A stretch of DNA of 64,000 bases from a virus (IMGVR_UViG_3300021963_000036), one strand, 5' to 3'; positions 36,160 to 44,841 are shown, numbered from the stretch's first letter. Notes: generated by a model not told the origin, from the sequence alone. Made by a program: numbers and translations.

Positions 36160-36485
36160 TTCACTGAACACGTTCTGGACTCGGGGGCGGTACCCGAATC
36201 GTCCACCACAGATACCGGTCAGTTTATGGAACCCTTGGATGTATGAAGTATTGCTATCATATGGCGAGATAAGTTTATGTAAACAAGAAGATCGGTATCT
36301 TTGCTGGGCGATAAATAGGATCGACAGGCGAACTAGGCAGGATGGAGCTATCGGGATCTAAGCACCGTTATCGCGAAGAAACTTACAAATGCAAATGAAA
36401 ATTCTGCACCTGTAGCTTACGCTCTCGCAGCCTAATCTACATGGGTATGGGTTCCACCTCGAAACAGAACGGGCCCGCTTACACA
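36160..36485 (+). ncRNA. ssrA: circularly permuted (two-piece) tmRNA, ssrA-like: acceptor piece ~36160-36208, intervening hairpin 36210-36300, coding piece ~36306-36485
   Basis: No ORF longer than 30 codons across ~400 nt. GGAC-TCGGG-GGCGGTA-CCCGA-ATCGTCC-A-CCA at 36177-36208 reads as T-arm, 3' acceptor strand, discriminator and CCA. GGGCGAT at 36306-36312 pairs with ATCGTCC to give a G3:U70 wobble, and is followed by AAATA-GGATCGACAGG (E. coli tmRNA 5' end is GGGGCUG-AUUCU-GGAUUCGACGGG). Tag ORF at 36391-36435. CGTTCTG at 36171-77 pairs with CAGAACG at 36465-71. Confidence 0.65.
36391..36435 (+). other. tmRNA tag reading frame: GCA resume codon ... TAA, encoding ANENSAPVAYALAA*
   Basis: GCA AAT GAA AAT TCT GCA CCT GTA GCT TAC GCT CTC GCA GCC TAA; A-rich stretch before the resume codon as in E. 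coli; ends in the ClpXP/SspB-type YALAA. Confidence 0.6.
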
Positions 36486-36513
36486 ACACACATTTACACA
36501 TGAGGCATATAAC

Positions 36514-37377
36514 ATGGCAAATTCACGTCGCATTACTGCACAAGCTGCAGTTATCCCAACTTACATCGGTGGATACGTTCAACCCGCTACTTCTGCAATT
36601 CCTACAGGCAATCTTAGCACTTTGACAATCCCTTCACCAATTACCGCACCGGCAAATCTAGTCGACGCTTTCAAACCGAAGCGTGCAGGTAAGAACCCTA
36701 AGCTTTCTCATATCGTATTCGTTCTGGATGAATCGTCTTCGATGTCGTCCTGCTGGGATCAAACTGTTTCTGGCTATAACGAATACCTGAAAGCTCAAAA
36801 GGAAGATGCTGAGAAGACCGGCATTGAGACTTTGGTATCTCTTTACAAATTCAATGGTTATGATGTCAAAGCTATCTTTGATCGTCAGAACGTTCAAGAA
36901 GTTCAGCCACTTGATAAGAATAGCTATCGCCCAAGTGGTGGTACTAACCTTCATGATGCTATGGGTGGCGTCATGATGAAGATCAACTTGCTTCTTTCAG
37001 AAAAGAAGAAAGCTGATCGCGAATCGGTTATCATCACTGTTCTAACCGATGGTGAAGAAAATCAATCCCGCACTTTCCGCTCGACCGACGTTAAAGGTAT
37101 GGTCGAAAAAGCTGAAGGCAAGAACTGGGGCTTCATGTTTCTTGGTGCTAACATCGATGCGTTCCATGCTGGCTCTGCTCTTGGTTTCAATGTGAATAAC
37201 ACCATGCAGTTCGCAACTGCTAATGCCGCTGAGACTATGCGTGGTGCTTCTGCTATGACTTCTCGTATGAAAGGTGCATATGCTTCTGGTATGGACACCG
37301 GTTCTACTTATGCAGCTACAGCATTCTTTGACAGCGAACGTTCTGCTGCTGTAGGTGACAAAGATGCAGGGAAATAA
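36514..37377 (+). CDS. von Willebrand factor A (VWA) domain protein
   Basis: MIDAS motif FVLDESSSMSS, downstream TDGEEN, GANIDAF. Confidence 0.65.
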   Translation: MANSRRITAQAAVIPTYIGGYVQPATSAIPTGNLSTLTIPSPITAPANLVDAFKPKRAGKNPKLSHIVFVLDESSSMSSCWDQTVSGYNEYLKAQKEDAEKTGIETLVSLYKFNGYDVKAIFDRQNVQEVQPLDKNSYRPSGGTNLHDAMGGVMMKINLLLSEKKKADRESVIITVLTDGEENQSRTFRSTDVKGMVEKAEGKNWGFMFLGANIDAFHAGSALGFNVNNTMQFATANAAETMRGASAMTSRMKGAYASGMDTGSTYAATAFFDSERSAAVGDKDAGK

Positions 37378-37624
37378 GAACCCATACGAAGTTCGACTCG
37401 ACATTCTCAAGATGGCACAAGAGATGCTCAACAATGAGAAGCGAATTGAAGAGAACACTTTCTTTGCGAAGCTTGATGCGTATCGGGCTTCCAATAAATC
37501 CGTTGATGAGATAAACACTTTCATCGACCAAAACAAACCGAAAGCGTATGATTCGGGCGAAGTGGTGGCTCGCTCAAATGCACTCTATGCCTTCGTTAAC
37601 AACTCCACCACAAATAAATCCTAA
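37364..37624 (+). CDS. hypothetical protein
   Basis: ORF overlapping the VWA gene end; start uncertain. Confidence 0.3.
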   Translation: MQGNKNPYEVRLDILKMAQEMLNNEKRIEENTFFAKLDAYRASNKSVDEINTFIDQNKPKAYDSGEVVARSNALYAFVNNSTTNKS

Positions 37625-37631
37625 GGAGAAT

Positions 37632-38000
37632 ATGAATATGATGAAAACTATTTTGATGGCTACCGCTGCTGTTGTTACTATGACTGGTGCAGCTTCAGCA
37701 CTTGACTTTGGTTCTACTAATCTTCAGTTGAACTCGACGATCGTTGCAGAATACGATACCAATGTTGAAGTGTATACCACTACTTACACCCCAGAACTGC
37801 GTTACACACCTGTTGAAGGTTTGTCGGTATATGCAGAGACTGACTTCGATCTTCAAGACATCGATTTTGTTGGGGCAACGGTTGGTGCTGAGTACTACCC
37901 AGGTGTAGCTAACGTCGATCTAGTGGCTTACATCAAGTCGACTTCTGATGCTGACTTCAACTTTGATGGCGCGATCATCGGGGCTGAACTGAACTTCTAA
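37632..38000 (+). CDS. small outer-membrane beta-barrel protein (OmpX/OmpW-like)
   Basis: Signal peptide MMKTILMATAAVVTMTGAASA; alternating amphipathic beta-strands; C-terminal ...AELNF ending in Phe; start may be ATG 37638. Confidence 0.5.
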   Translation: MNMMKTILMATAAVVTMTGAASALDFGSTNLQLNSTIVAEYDTNVEVYTTTYTPELRYTPVEGLSVYAETDFDLQDIDFVGATVGAEYYPGVANVDLVAYIKSTSDADFNFDGAIIGAELNF

Positions 38001-38032
38001 TTCGGCATGGGGTGGTTACCTAATAAACCCGC

Positions 38033-38065
38033 GGGGAGCCACGGTTAGCTCCCCACTTTTATTTC
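38033..38065 (+). terminator. rho-independent terminator
   Basis: GGGGAGC-cacggtta-GCTCCCC followed by ACTTTTATTTC. Confidence 0.7.
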
Positions 38066-38137
38066 AGTTGTAATACTCTTGTTACAATAATGTGATACAA
38101 TTATCCTGAGCAATACTGCTCTTTTGAAAGGATACTC

Positions 38138-39118
38138 ATGAAATTTCTATCAATCTCTCTTTTAGCACTTACTGCAGCATTCCCAGCGTTTGCTCGTGAT
38201 AACGTTCACGTCGTCGGATCTTCAACAGTTCTTCCATTCGCTGTAATCGCTGCAGAGTCGTTTGGCGAGAACTTTGAGTTTGTAACTCCAGTCGTTGAAG
38301 GTGGTGGCACCGGTGCTGGCATCAAAAAGTTCTGTGAAAGCGCTGATGAAGAATCTGTTGACATTGTGAACGCAAGTCGTGCAATGAAAGACGAAGAAAA
38401 AGCTGATTGTGCTGCTGCTGGTGTTACTGACATCACTGAAGTAAAAATCGGTTATGATGGTATCGTCTTTGCTTCTGACATCAATGGCCAACCTTTTGCA
38501 CTAACACCAGCTATGGTATATCTTGCAATCAACAAAGACTCAGTGATTCCTTCATGGGATGTCGTTGATGCGTCATTGCCAGCTCAGAAAATCTCGATGC
38601 TAATTCCAGGAACTAAGCACGGTACTCGTGAAGTGTTCGACATCAAGGTTCTTATCCAAGGTTGTAAAGACACTGGAATGTACGAAGAGATCCTTGCAAA
38701 AGTTAGTGATGCTAAGGAAGCTGAAAAAGAGTGTGCATCTGTACGTACAGATGGTGCTGTAGTCGAGATCGATGGCGACTACACTGAAACTCTGAGCCGT
38801 ATGAAGACTGAACCTTCTTCAGTTGGTGTGTTCGGTCTTTCGTTCTATGAGAACAACTCAGACGTTCTTCATGTCGCAACGATCAATGGTGTTGAGCCTA
38901 GCGTACAAACTATCAGCGATGGTAGCTATCCAGTCAGTCGTCCTCTGTTCTTCTACGTGAAGAACGCGCACCTTACTTCAATTCCAGGTCTGCCTGACTT
39001 TGTGAAGTACTTTGTAAGCGACGAAGTTGCAGGTCCTGGTGGTATGCTTGAAGAGTATGGTCTAGTTCCAGATCCTGAACTGAGCGCAACTCAAGAGGCA
39101 GTCTCAGCTATTAAATAA
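38138..39118 (+). CDS. pstS: periplasmic phosphate-binding protein PstS
   Basis: Signal peptide; VVGSSTVLP ... GGGTGAGI motifs typical of PstS. Confidence 0.85.
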   Translation: MKFLSISLLALTAAFPAFARDNVHVVGSSTVLPFAVIAAESFGENFEFVTPVVEGGGTGAGIKKFCESADEESVDIVNASRAMKDEEKADCAAAGVTDITEVKIGYDGIVFASDINGQPFALTPAMVYLAINKDSVIPSWDVVDASLPAQKISMLIPGTKHGTREVFDIKVLIQGCKDTGMYEEILAKVSDAKEAEKECASVRTDGAVVEIDGDYTETLSRMKTEPSSVGVFGLSFYENNSDVLHVATINGVEPSVQTISDGSYPVSRPLFFYVKNAHLTSIPGLPDFVKYFVSDEVAGPGGMLEEYGLVPDPELSATQEAVSAIK

Positions 39119-39146
39119 ATATCTGAAATATCTCTTGGAGAAATCA

Positions 39147-39788
39147 ATGGAAGACTTTCAGGTTTGGCAATCGTTTCCCTATGTGAGGCAGTGGTTTAAT
39201 AAAATGCACCTCGCTGAACTTATGGGTTACTATTGCGGACCTGGAGGTGTTCCACCAAGTAAGTCTGGTTACTATTGTGTAAGACCTATCTATAATCTCG
39301 ATGGCATGTCTGTAGGTGCTAGAAGACAATGGATCGAAGCTGAAGACCGAACCGGGGTAGAACCCGGTTATTTTTGGTGTGAATGGTTTGATGGTGATCA
39401 ATATTCGGTTACGTATGAAGCTGAATTAGATGTTTTATGCGGATACACTCAAAAGTCTTGTTTCAAAGCTGAACGTGATATCGATAAGCTATTTAGATTC
39501 AAAAAGTGGACTCGTTCAGAAGAGAAAATCTCTATGCCTTTTCGTATTGAAGACGAGTTGATGTTTTCTGGCATCAACTATATCAACATCGAGATGATAG
39601 GCGACAAAGTAATAGAGATCCATTTTCGCGATACGCCCGATCCAGACTATGACGAGTTGATACCCGTTTGGAGTGATGATCAACAAGTAGTTGACATTTA
39701 TACCAAAATGGGTTATATTTTTATAGAAGCCCCTGACAATTCAAACGGATACCTCGAAACCTATCGTCTAGGCTTCATGGTCAAATAG
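39147..39788 (+). CDS. hypothetical protein (possible ATP-grasp-like fold)
   Basis: 214-aa ORF; GGAG RBS 5 nt upstream of ATG 39147 (the ORF track uses a TTG start). Confidence 0.35.
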   Translation: MEDFQVWQSFPYVRQWFNKMHLAELMGYYCGPGGVPPSKSGYYCVRPIYNLDGMSVGARRQWIEAEDRTGVEPGYFWCEWFDGDQYSVTYEAELDVLCGYTQKSCFKAERDIDKLFRFKKWTRSEEKISMPFRIEDELMFSGINYINIEMIGDKVIEIHFRDTPDPDYDELIPVWSDDQQVVDIYTKMGYIFIEAPDNSNGYLETYRLGFMVK

Positions 39789-39796
39789 GAGTATGA

Positions 39797-40003
39797 ATGC
39801 TTATAACAACTTATTTTAAAGAAAATGCGAATTCTGCTAGAGCAGAAGTCATGCGTAACGAAGCTGGTGAATACTACTACATCGATTATTACGATGCTGG
39901 TGGTAACAAATTTCACACCGAAACGTTCCCTGGAAAGGCCCAAGTCTATGTCGAAAACGCGGCAGAAAACTGGACCCTTGGCATTAAGGTATTACACGGA
40001 TAA
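39797..40003 (+). CDS. hypothetical protein
   Basis: 68-aa ORF. Confidence 0.3.
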   Translation: MLITTYFKENANSARAEVMRNEAGEYYYIDYYDAGGNKFHTETFPGKAQVYVENAAENWTLGIKVLHG

Positions 40004-40227
40004 TGCAAGTAGAACTGACGGCGGAAAGTATTCTTCGTGAAGTCAGTAAGTATGTGAATGAAGAAGTGTCATACATTGATGCCCTTGTACACTATGCTGA
40101 CATTCACGGGATTGAAGTAGAAGTAATTGGCGACATTGTTCGTCGCAGCCAAATCATGAAAGCAAAAGTTCATGAAGACGCTGAGAAACTCAATTTAGTA
40201 GCAAAAACTCAGAGGTTACCAATCTAA
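40003..40227 (+). CDS. hypothetical protein (sits where T4 has gp33/dsbA)
   Basis: 74-aa ORF immediately upstream of the gp59 gene. Confidence 0.3.
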   Translation: MQVELTAESILREVSKYVNEEVSYIDALVHYADIHGIEVEVIGDIVRRSQIMKAKVHEDAEKLNLVAKTQRLPI

Positions 40228-40832
40228 TGTCTATCTATTCAACGCAAGATGCATTTGGAATATACATCTACTATCTTGCGTTGAAAAGACACTTTACCAC
40301 AGATTACGACTTCTTTAAGTATAACGGCAAAGTGAAATCTTCTCAGCAAGCTTTCGAAAACCGTAGAGACAAGTTCTTTTTCTACAAACTCTCTAAGCGT
40401 AAAGATGCTAAGGAATTCATCCTTGCTAACATGATTGCCGAACCTACATTGTGGGTAGGTGATATGCTCGACAATGATCGAGCAGAACAGATCTTTCAGG
40501 AATGGGAAAAGCGTCAGCAGTCTTTATCTCACGTATTCCAGAATGATCTATCGGAGTTGAAAGAAGACTTCAATTCCAACTTACTTGTGAAAGATGGACA
40601 ACATCCGTATCTGCTGAAACTCTATAATATGAGACGAGTCAATATCGAGACTCTTGTGATCATCGACGACCTCGTAGGAAATTTTTCTTACTGGGAGAAG
40701 AAAATTGCGGACCCAATCATCTTTCCGAGTATAAATAGATTTGTTGGCAAGGTTAGACCATTCATCAAGTACGAACGTCCTAAGATGAAGTCTATCTTAA
40801 TCAACAAATTTCAATCGCAACAAGCCGCATAA
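40227..40832 (+). CDS. 59: gp59-like helicase loader
   Basis: RRDKFFFYKLSKRKDAKEFILANMIAEPTLWVGDM (T4 gp59: RRDKYFFQKLSEKYKLKELALIFISNLVANQDAWIGDI); adjacent to gene 32 as in T4. Confidence 0.75.
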   Translation: MSIYSTQDAFGIYIYYLALKRHFTTDYDFFKYNGKVKSSQQAFENRRDKFFFYKLSKRKDAKEFILANMIAEPTLWVGDMLDNDRAEQIFQEWEKRQQSLSHVFQNDLSELKEDFNSNLLVKDGQHPYLLKLYNMRRVNIETLVIIDDLVGNFSYWEKKIADPIIFPSINRFVGKVRPFIKYERPKMKSILINKFQSQQAA

Positions 40833-40859
40833 AATCGCAAAAATCGTAAAGGAACTACT

Positions 40860-41810
40860 ATGTCGTATCTCGATAAACTCAAATCCAATCGTTCGTCTTC
40901 TTTTGACAAGCTTAACTCACAGCTACAGAAGACCATTGGTGGCCAATCCAAAAATAGTGATGACAAATACTGGAAACCCGATGTCGATAAGGCAGGTAAC
41001 GGGTATGCAGTTTTGCGTTTTCTACCAGCACCTGAAGGTGAAGATTATCCGTTCGTTAAGATGATCGACCACGGTTTCCAAGGTCCTGGTGGTTGGTATA
41101 TCGAAAACTCACTGGCTACTATCGGCCAAGAAGATCCTGTTTCTGAATTCAACTCTAAGCTCTGGAATGCAAGTTCCGATGACGAGTCGAATGAACGTAA
41201 ACAAGCTCGTAAGCAGAAGCGTCGTACTAACTTCACGTCTAACGTGTACGTTGTAAAAGACTCTGCTAATCCTGCCAACGAAGGTAAAGTATTCCTTTAC
41301 AAGTACGGCAAGATGATCATGGAGAAGCTTCAAGAAGTCATGAACCCGCAGTATGAAGGTGACGAAAAGGTCAATCCTTTTGATCTGTGGGAGGGTGCTG
41401 ACTTCAAATTGAAGATCCGCAATAAGGACGGCTATCGTAACTACGATCGTTCGGAATTCAGCGAACCTGCTCCTATTACTAATCCAAACGGAAAAGAGCT
41501 CAGCGATGAAGAACTTGACTCAGTCATTGGTTCGATGCATTCGTTGAAAGAAATCGTCGATCCTAAAAACTTCAAGAGCTACGATGAACTGAAGGCTAAA
41601 CTCCATAAGGTTCTCGGTCTTGATGGCGGGGCACACGCACCCATGAAATCCACCGCCGAGGATGACGACAAGGAGATGGACTTCACTCCGAAGTTCAAGG
41701 AGCGCCCTGCACCTAAACTAGAGGAAGCTCCATCTCCTGCCTTTAATCCAAGCATGGATGACGACGAGGATACTCTCGACTTCTTCAAGAGCCTCGCTGC
41801 TGAAGAATAA
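40860..41810 (+). CDS. 32: gp32 single-stranded DNA-binding protein
   Basis: DKAGNGYAVLRFLPAP...FVKMIDHGFQGPGGWYIE (T4: DNAGNGQAVIRFLPSK...FAILVNHGFKKNGKWYIE); acidic C-terminal tail. Confidence 0.9.
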   Translation: MSYLDKLKSNRSSSFDKLNSQLQKTIGGQSKNSDDKYWKPDVDKAGNGYAVLRFLPAPEGEDYPFVKMIDHGFQGPGGWYIENSLATIGQEDPVSEFNSKLWNASSDDESNERKQARKQKRRTNFTSNVYVVKDSANPANEGKVFLYKYGKMIMEKLQEVMNPQYEGDEKVNPFDLWEGADFKLKIRNKDGYRNYDRSEFSEPAPITNPNGKELSDEELDSVIGSMHSLKEIVDPKNFKSYDELKAKLHKVLGLDGGAHAPMKSTAEDDDKEMDFTPKFKERPAPKLEEAPSPAFNPSMDDDEDTLDFFKSLAAEE

Positions 41811-41840
41811 GTCAACTAAAAGAAAGGGCCCCTCGTGGGC

Positions 41841-41866
41841 CCTTTTTCTTATTTAGAGGATAGAGT
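41841..41866 (+). terminator. rho-independent terminator
   Basis: AAAGGGCCCC-tcgt-GGGCCCTTTTTC. Confidence 0.7.
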
Positions 41867-41872
41867 AGAGAT

Positions 41873-42277
41873 ATGGCAACGAAGAGAACAACCCGAACAA
41901 TAGGGAATCGTCGATACACTACGACTATAACAAGCAGTGGCAAGACGACAAGATCCGAAAGCTCGGCTGGTAAGACTAAACCCGGTCAAACACGAATCAC
42001 TACAACCACGACGAACGGTAAAACAAACACTACTAGAACTACTAATATGGGTGGCGGTTGGTATGAGAGAAAAAGTACACACAGTGATGATGCTGCACGC
42101 CGTCGCTCAGAAAAAGCTAATCGTGAAATGTGGAAAAAGCTTTCAAAGGGTGTTTCAAATATGCTTAACAGTGCACAGATCGAACCACCAAAGAAAAAAG
42201 AACACGAAGAAGGTGGACTTCTCGGTGTTCTTTTTCTGTTTTTGATAGTAGGTTTTGTGATGTGGTTGTTCAGTTAG
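41873..42277 (+). CDS. Thr/Arg-rich low-complexity protein with C-terminal TM anchor
   Basis: TTRTIGNRRYTTTITSSGKTTRS...TTTTTNGKTNTTRTTN then LLGVLFLFLIVGFVMWLFS at the C-terminus. Confidence 0.4.
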   Translation: MATKRTTRTIGNRRYTTTITSSGKTTRSESSAGKTKPGQTRITTTTTNGKTNTTRTTNMGGGWYERKSTHSDDAARRRSEKANREMWKKLSKGVSNMLNSAQIEPPKKKEHEEGGLLGVLFLFLIVGFVMWLFS

Positions 42278-43953
42278 AACGGTAAGTATGCGCCATCCAG
42301 AGCTGTGCCTTGATTAGCATAGTAGTTTGTGACTTGAGTAGCCGTAGTGTTCGTACTGTTGTTGTTACCACCACTATGTGAAACAACAGTCGGTGCTGTA
42401 GCTGCTGTTCCGCTCTTAGCTGCTTGTTCTTCAGCATGACGGCGAACTCTTTCTTGCAGCATAGCTCTTTTTTCTGCTTCAGTGTTAGCCATAATCTGCT
42501 TCTGTACCGCTTCAGCGCCAGCCTGATTTGTAGCTACGTCTGCTCTTGCTCCAGCGACCATTTCTTCGTCTACAAGGTATCCACCAACTGTAGTGCCTGC
42601 CAAATATTCGAGTACGCTGAGATAAATGCGATCACCTAGACCGCCAACCCAATATGCAAACGCCGCCATTCCTGAAAGCAGCTTGCCTTTCGTTTCGATC
42701 CACATGTCTTCGAAGTACTCTACTAATTTAGTAGGAATTGCGCTGATCCAATCGACTACAGCAGTAAACATCTCACTGAAACTAAAACTATCAAGCCATG
42801 CTGAGGCATTCTCAAATCCGAATAGACTTGCAGCCCAAGATACGAGATCCTTAAGAAGATCAAGTGGCTTCATCACCATCAATTGGAAGTACTCGGTGAG
42901 TAGAGTACCCATACCAGACATTATGTCACCAGTTTTAAACGCTTCTAGAATCGTATAGAATGATTCGGTGATTGCGCCAAACATATCACCAACAAGACCG
43001 AATACACCACTGACTAATTGTGAGAACAGATCTGAGAAGCTAAAACTATCAAGTGTTTCAGCAGCGTTGCTAAAACCAAGTTTACCAAGAACCCAAGACG
43101 TCATATCTTTGAGTAGGTCTAATGGACCAAAGATAAGTGAGTTGAAGAATCCTGTTACTGCACCCTCAAGTGCTCCAAGTATTCCACCTTCAGCATATCC
43201 AGCAATAGCTGCTTGGATCGTATCAAATAGAGTCATGATGACAGTCAGTGGTAGGAATAGTTTACCTACAACACCACTCACGTTTTTAACAATCTTCAAT
43301 AATCCACCGAAGTAACTAGCGATACCAGAAACCGTATCACCAAATCCTAGAACATTTTTTACGATGCTGAATATCGTTTTGCCAGCTTCCACGAAAGGTT
43401 TAACGATGTACATAACACCGTTTTTAATCTTCAACAGCGGGCCATCGAGTCCAAGAACTGCTTGCTTTACGCTGTTTATAACGTTTCTACCTGTAGTCCC
43501 AAAGTCTCTAATCACCTTCATAATAGATGATCCGACACCTTCAATAGCATCGAGGATCTTCTTCGGTGTGAAGAATTTGATAGCGTTGATCCAACCCTTG
43601 AACATACCAATCAAGCCACCAATAGCTCCTGCTCCAAGTGTTGCAAGCAATCCAATATTTGGTGGTTCACCTGCTTCAGCATTTGGTCCTGCTCCTGGAG
43701 GATTAGGGCCGCCTGGAGGTGGCGCTCCTCCGCCTTGATTGCCCAAAGCAGCTAATGCTGCAAGTCTATCTGCATCATTGATAAAGTCCTGAAGAACCGT
43801 AGCCTGACCTGTGATTGCAGCCAACGTTTGTACCGCAGTATCTCGAATATCGAGAAGCAGCATATTTGTGACTTTAATAGAGTTAGTGCCGGTGTTTCGG
43901 GTCAGTTGACCTTCGGCTTTAATTCTATTGATGAGATCTGCAATATCAGCCAT
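42274..43953 (-). CDS. gp29-like baseplate hub / tail-length determinant candidate
   Basis: 559 aa; Gly/Pro-rich linker; internal duplication ...LDSFSFSDLF... / ...LDSFSFSEMF...; size and position (with the tube-family paralogue) resemble T4 gp29. Confidence 0.35.
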   Translation of the reverse strand: MADIADLINRIKAEGQLTRNTGTNSIKVTNMLLLDIRDTAVQTLAAITGQATVLQDFINDADRLAALAALGNQGGGAPPPGGPNPPGAGPNAEAGEPPNIGLLATLGAGAIGGLIGMFKGWINAIKFFTPKKILDAIEGVGSSIMKVIRDFGTTGRNVINSVKQAVLGLDGPLLKIKNGVMYIVKPFVEAGKTIFSIVKNVLGFGDTVSGIASYFGGLLKIVKNVSGVVGKLFLPLTVIMTLFDTIQAAIAGYAEGGILGALEGAVTGFFNSLIFGPLDLLKDMTSWVLGKLGFSNAAETLDSFSFSDLFSQLVSGVFGLVGDMFGAITESFYTILEAFKTGDIMSGMGTLLTEYFQLMVMKPLDLLKDLVSWAASLFGFENASAWLDSFSFSEMFTAVVDWISAIPTKLVEYFEDMWIETKGKLLSGMAAFAYWVGGLGDRIYLSVLEYLAGTTVGGYLVDEEMVAGARADVATNQAGAEAVQKQIMANTEAEKRAMLQERVRRHAEEQAAKSGTAATAPTVVSHSGGNNNSTNTTATQVTNYYANQGTALDGAYLPF

Positions 43954-44116
43954 TACTTGTTTTCCTTCTGAGACTCGATAAAGTCTATTAGCATTGCATA
44001 ATAAATATCTCGTTCAAATGGAATAAGATTCTCAATCTCGCTTATTTGGTATTTATGGTGTTGAGCCAAACCGAATACAATCTTATAATACAATTGCAGG
44101 GTGATGTGACTCAACG

Positions 44117-44830
44117 TTAGGTAAAAAAAGTTTCCATACCTTGAGCGACAAACGTCTTTTCTTTTCCAGTCTTATCTCTGTACTTCTTCTCATAACGCAT
44201 TACCGGAATCGTATCAAAGAACTTCTTGATCTTCATAACAATATCTGAGCTTAGCGATTCAATGAAGTCGTTTACTTCCTTTTCAGTAAAGTCTTCAAAC
44301 TTAAATACTTGATCACCTTGTGCAATTACACCAATGCATTCTTTCATGACTGCCATAATTGAGTCTGAGTTGTTTTCTTCTTCACCTTCTGCACTCACCT
44401 TTAATGTTTCAAGGTAAGAGATTGATGGGTACTTCATTTGAAATACAATGTCGTCTGAAACTTGAATAACCTTGTTATGTCCTTCGAATCTCTTAATCTC
44501 AACTTCATTAATGTTGATTGTGAGTTCAACTTTCTCTTCAGTGTCTGGATCTTTTACACTAAATGTAATCTCGTCATTTACCGACTTGGCACGAATATTA
44601 AGTAGGACATACTCAAGGTCAAACGTAGCGAGTGTTTCAACATTAATGTCTTGTAAACAGTTACCAAGAATTTGCTTGATCGCTAAAAGAATTTGCTTCA
44701 CATCTTTTGATTCTTGAGCGATGAGAAGGATCTTTTCTTCTTTCACAGTGAATGGGCGATACTTGACTTTCTTACCAGTTGATGGCAGTACGAGTTCAAA
44801 TAACGGTAGATCAATTTTAGGTAGTGCCAT
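44117..44830 (-). CDS. virion structural protein candidate
   Basis: 237-aa ORF inside the late minus-strand module; GGAG RBS. Confidence 0.35.
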   Translation of the reverse strand: MALPKIDLPLFELVLPSTGKKVKYRPFTVKEEKILLIAQESKDVKQILLAIKQILGNCLQDINVETLATFDLEYVLLNIRAKSVNDEITFSVKDPDTEEKVELTININEVEIKRFEGHNKVIQVSDDIVFQMKYPSISYLETLKVSAEGEEENNSDSIMAVMKECIGVIAQGDQVFKFEDFTEKEVNDFIESLSSDIVMKIKKFFDTIPVMRYEKKYRDKTGKEKTFVAQGMETFFT

Positions 44831-44841
44831 TTATGACTCCA

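Noticed and set aside
36104-36513. Possibility that the 400-nt gap encodes small proteins or is an intron or pseudogene
   Set aside because: No ORF longer than 30 codons and no frame-shifted homologue fragments; instead tmRNA hallmarks are present (tag frame, G3:U70 acceptor stem, T-arm, ACCA)
40730-40737. TATAAATA inside the 3' end of gene 59 as a late promoter for gene 32
   Set aside because: It lies 123 nt upstream of the gene 32 ATG inside coding sequence; plausible by analogy with multi-promoter T4 gene 32 but unsupported here
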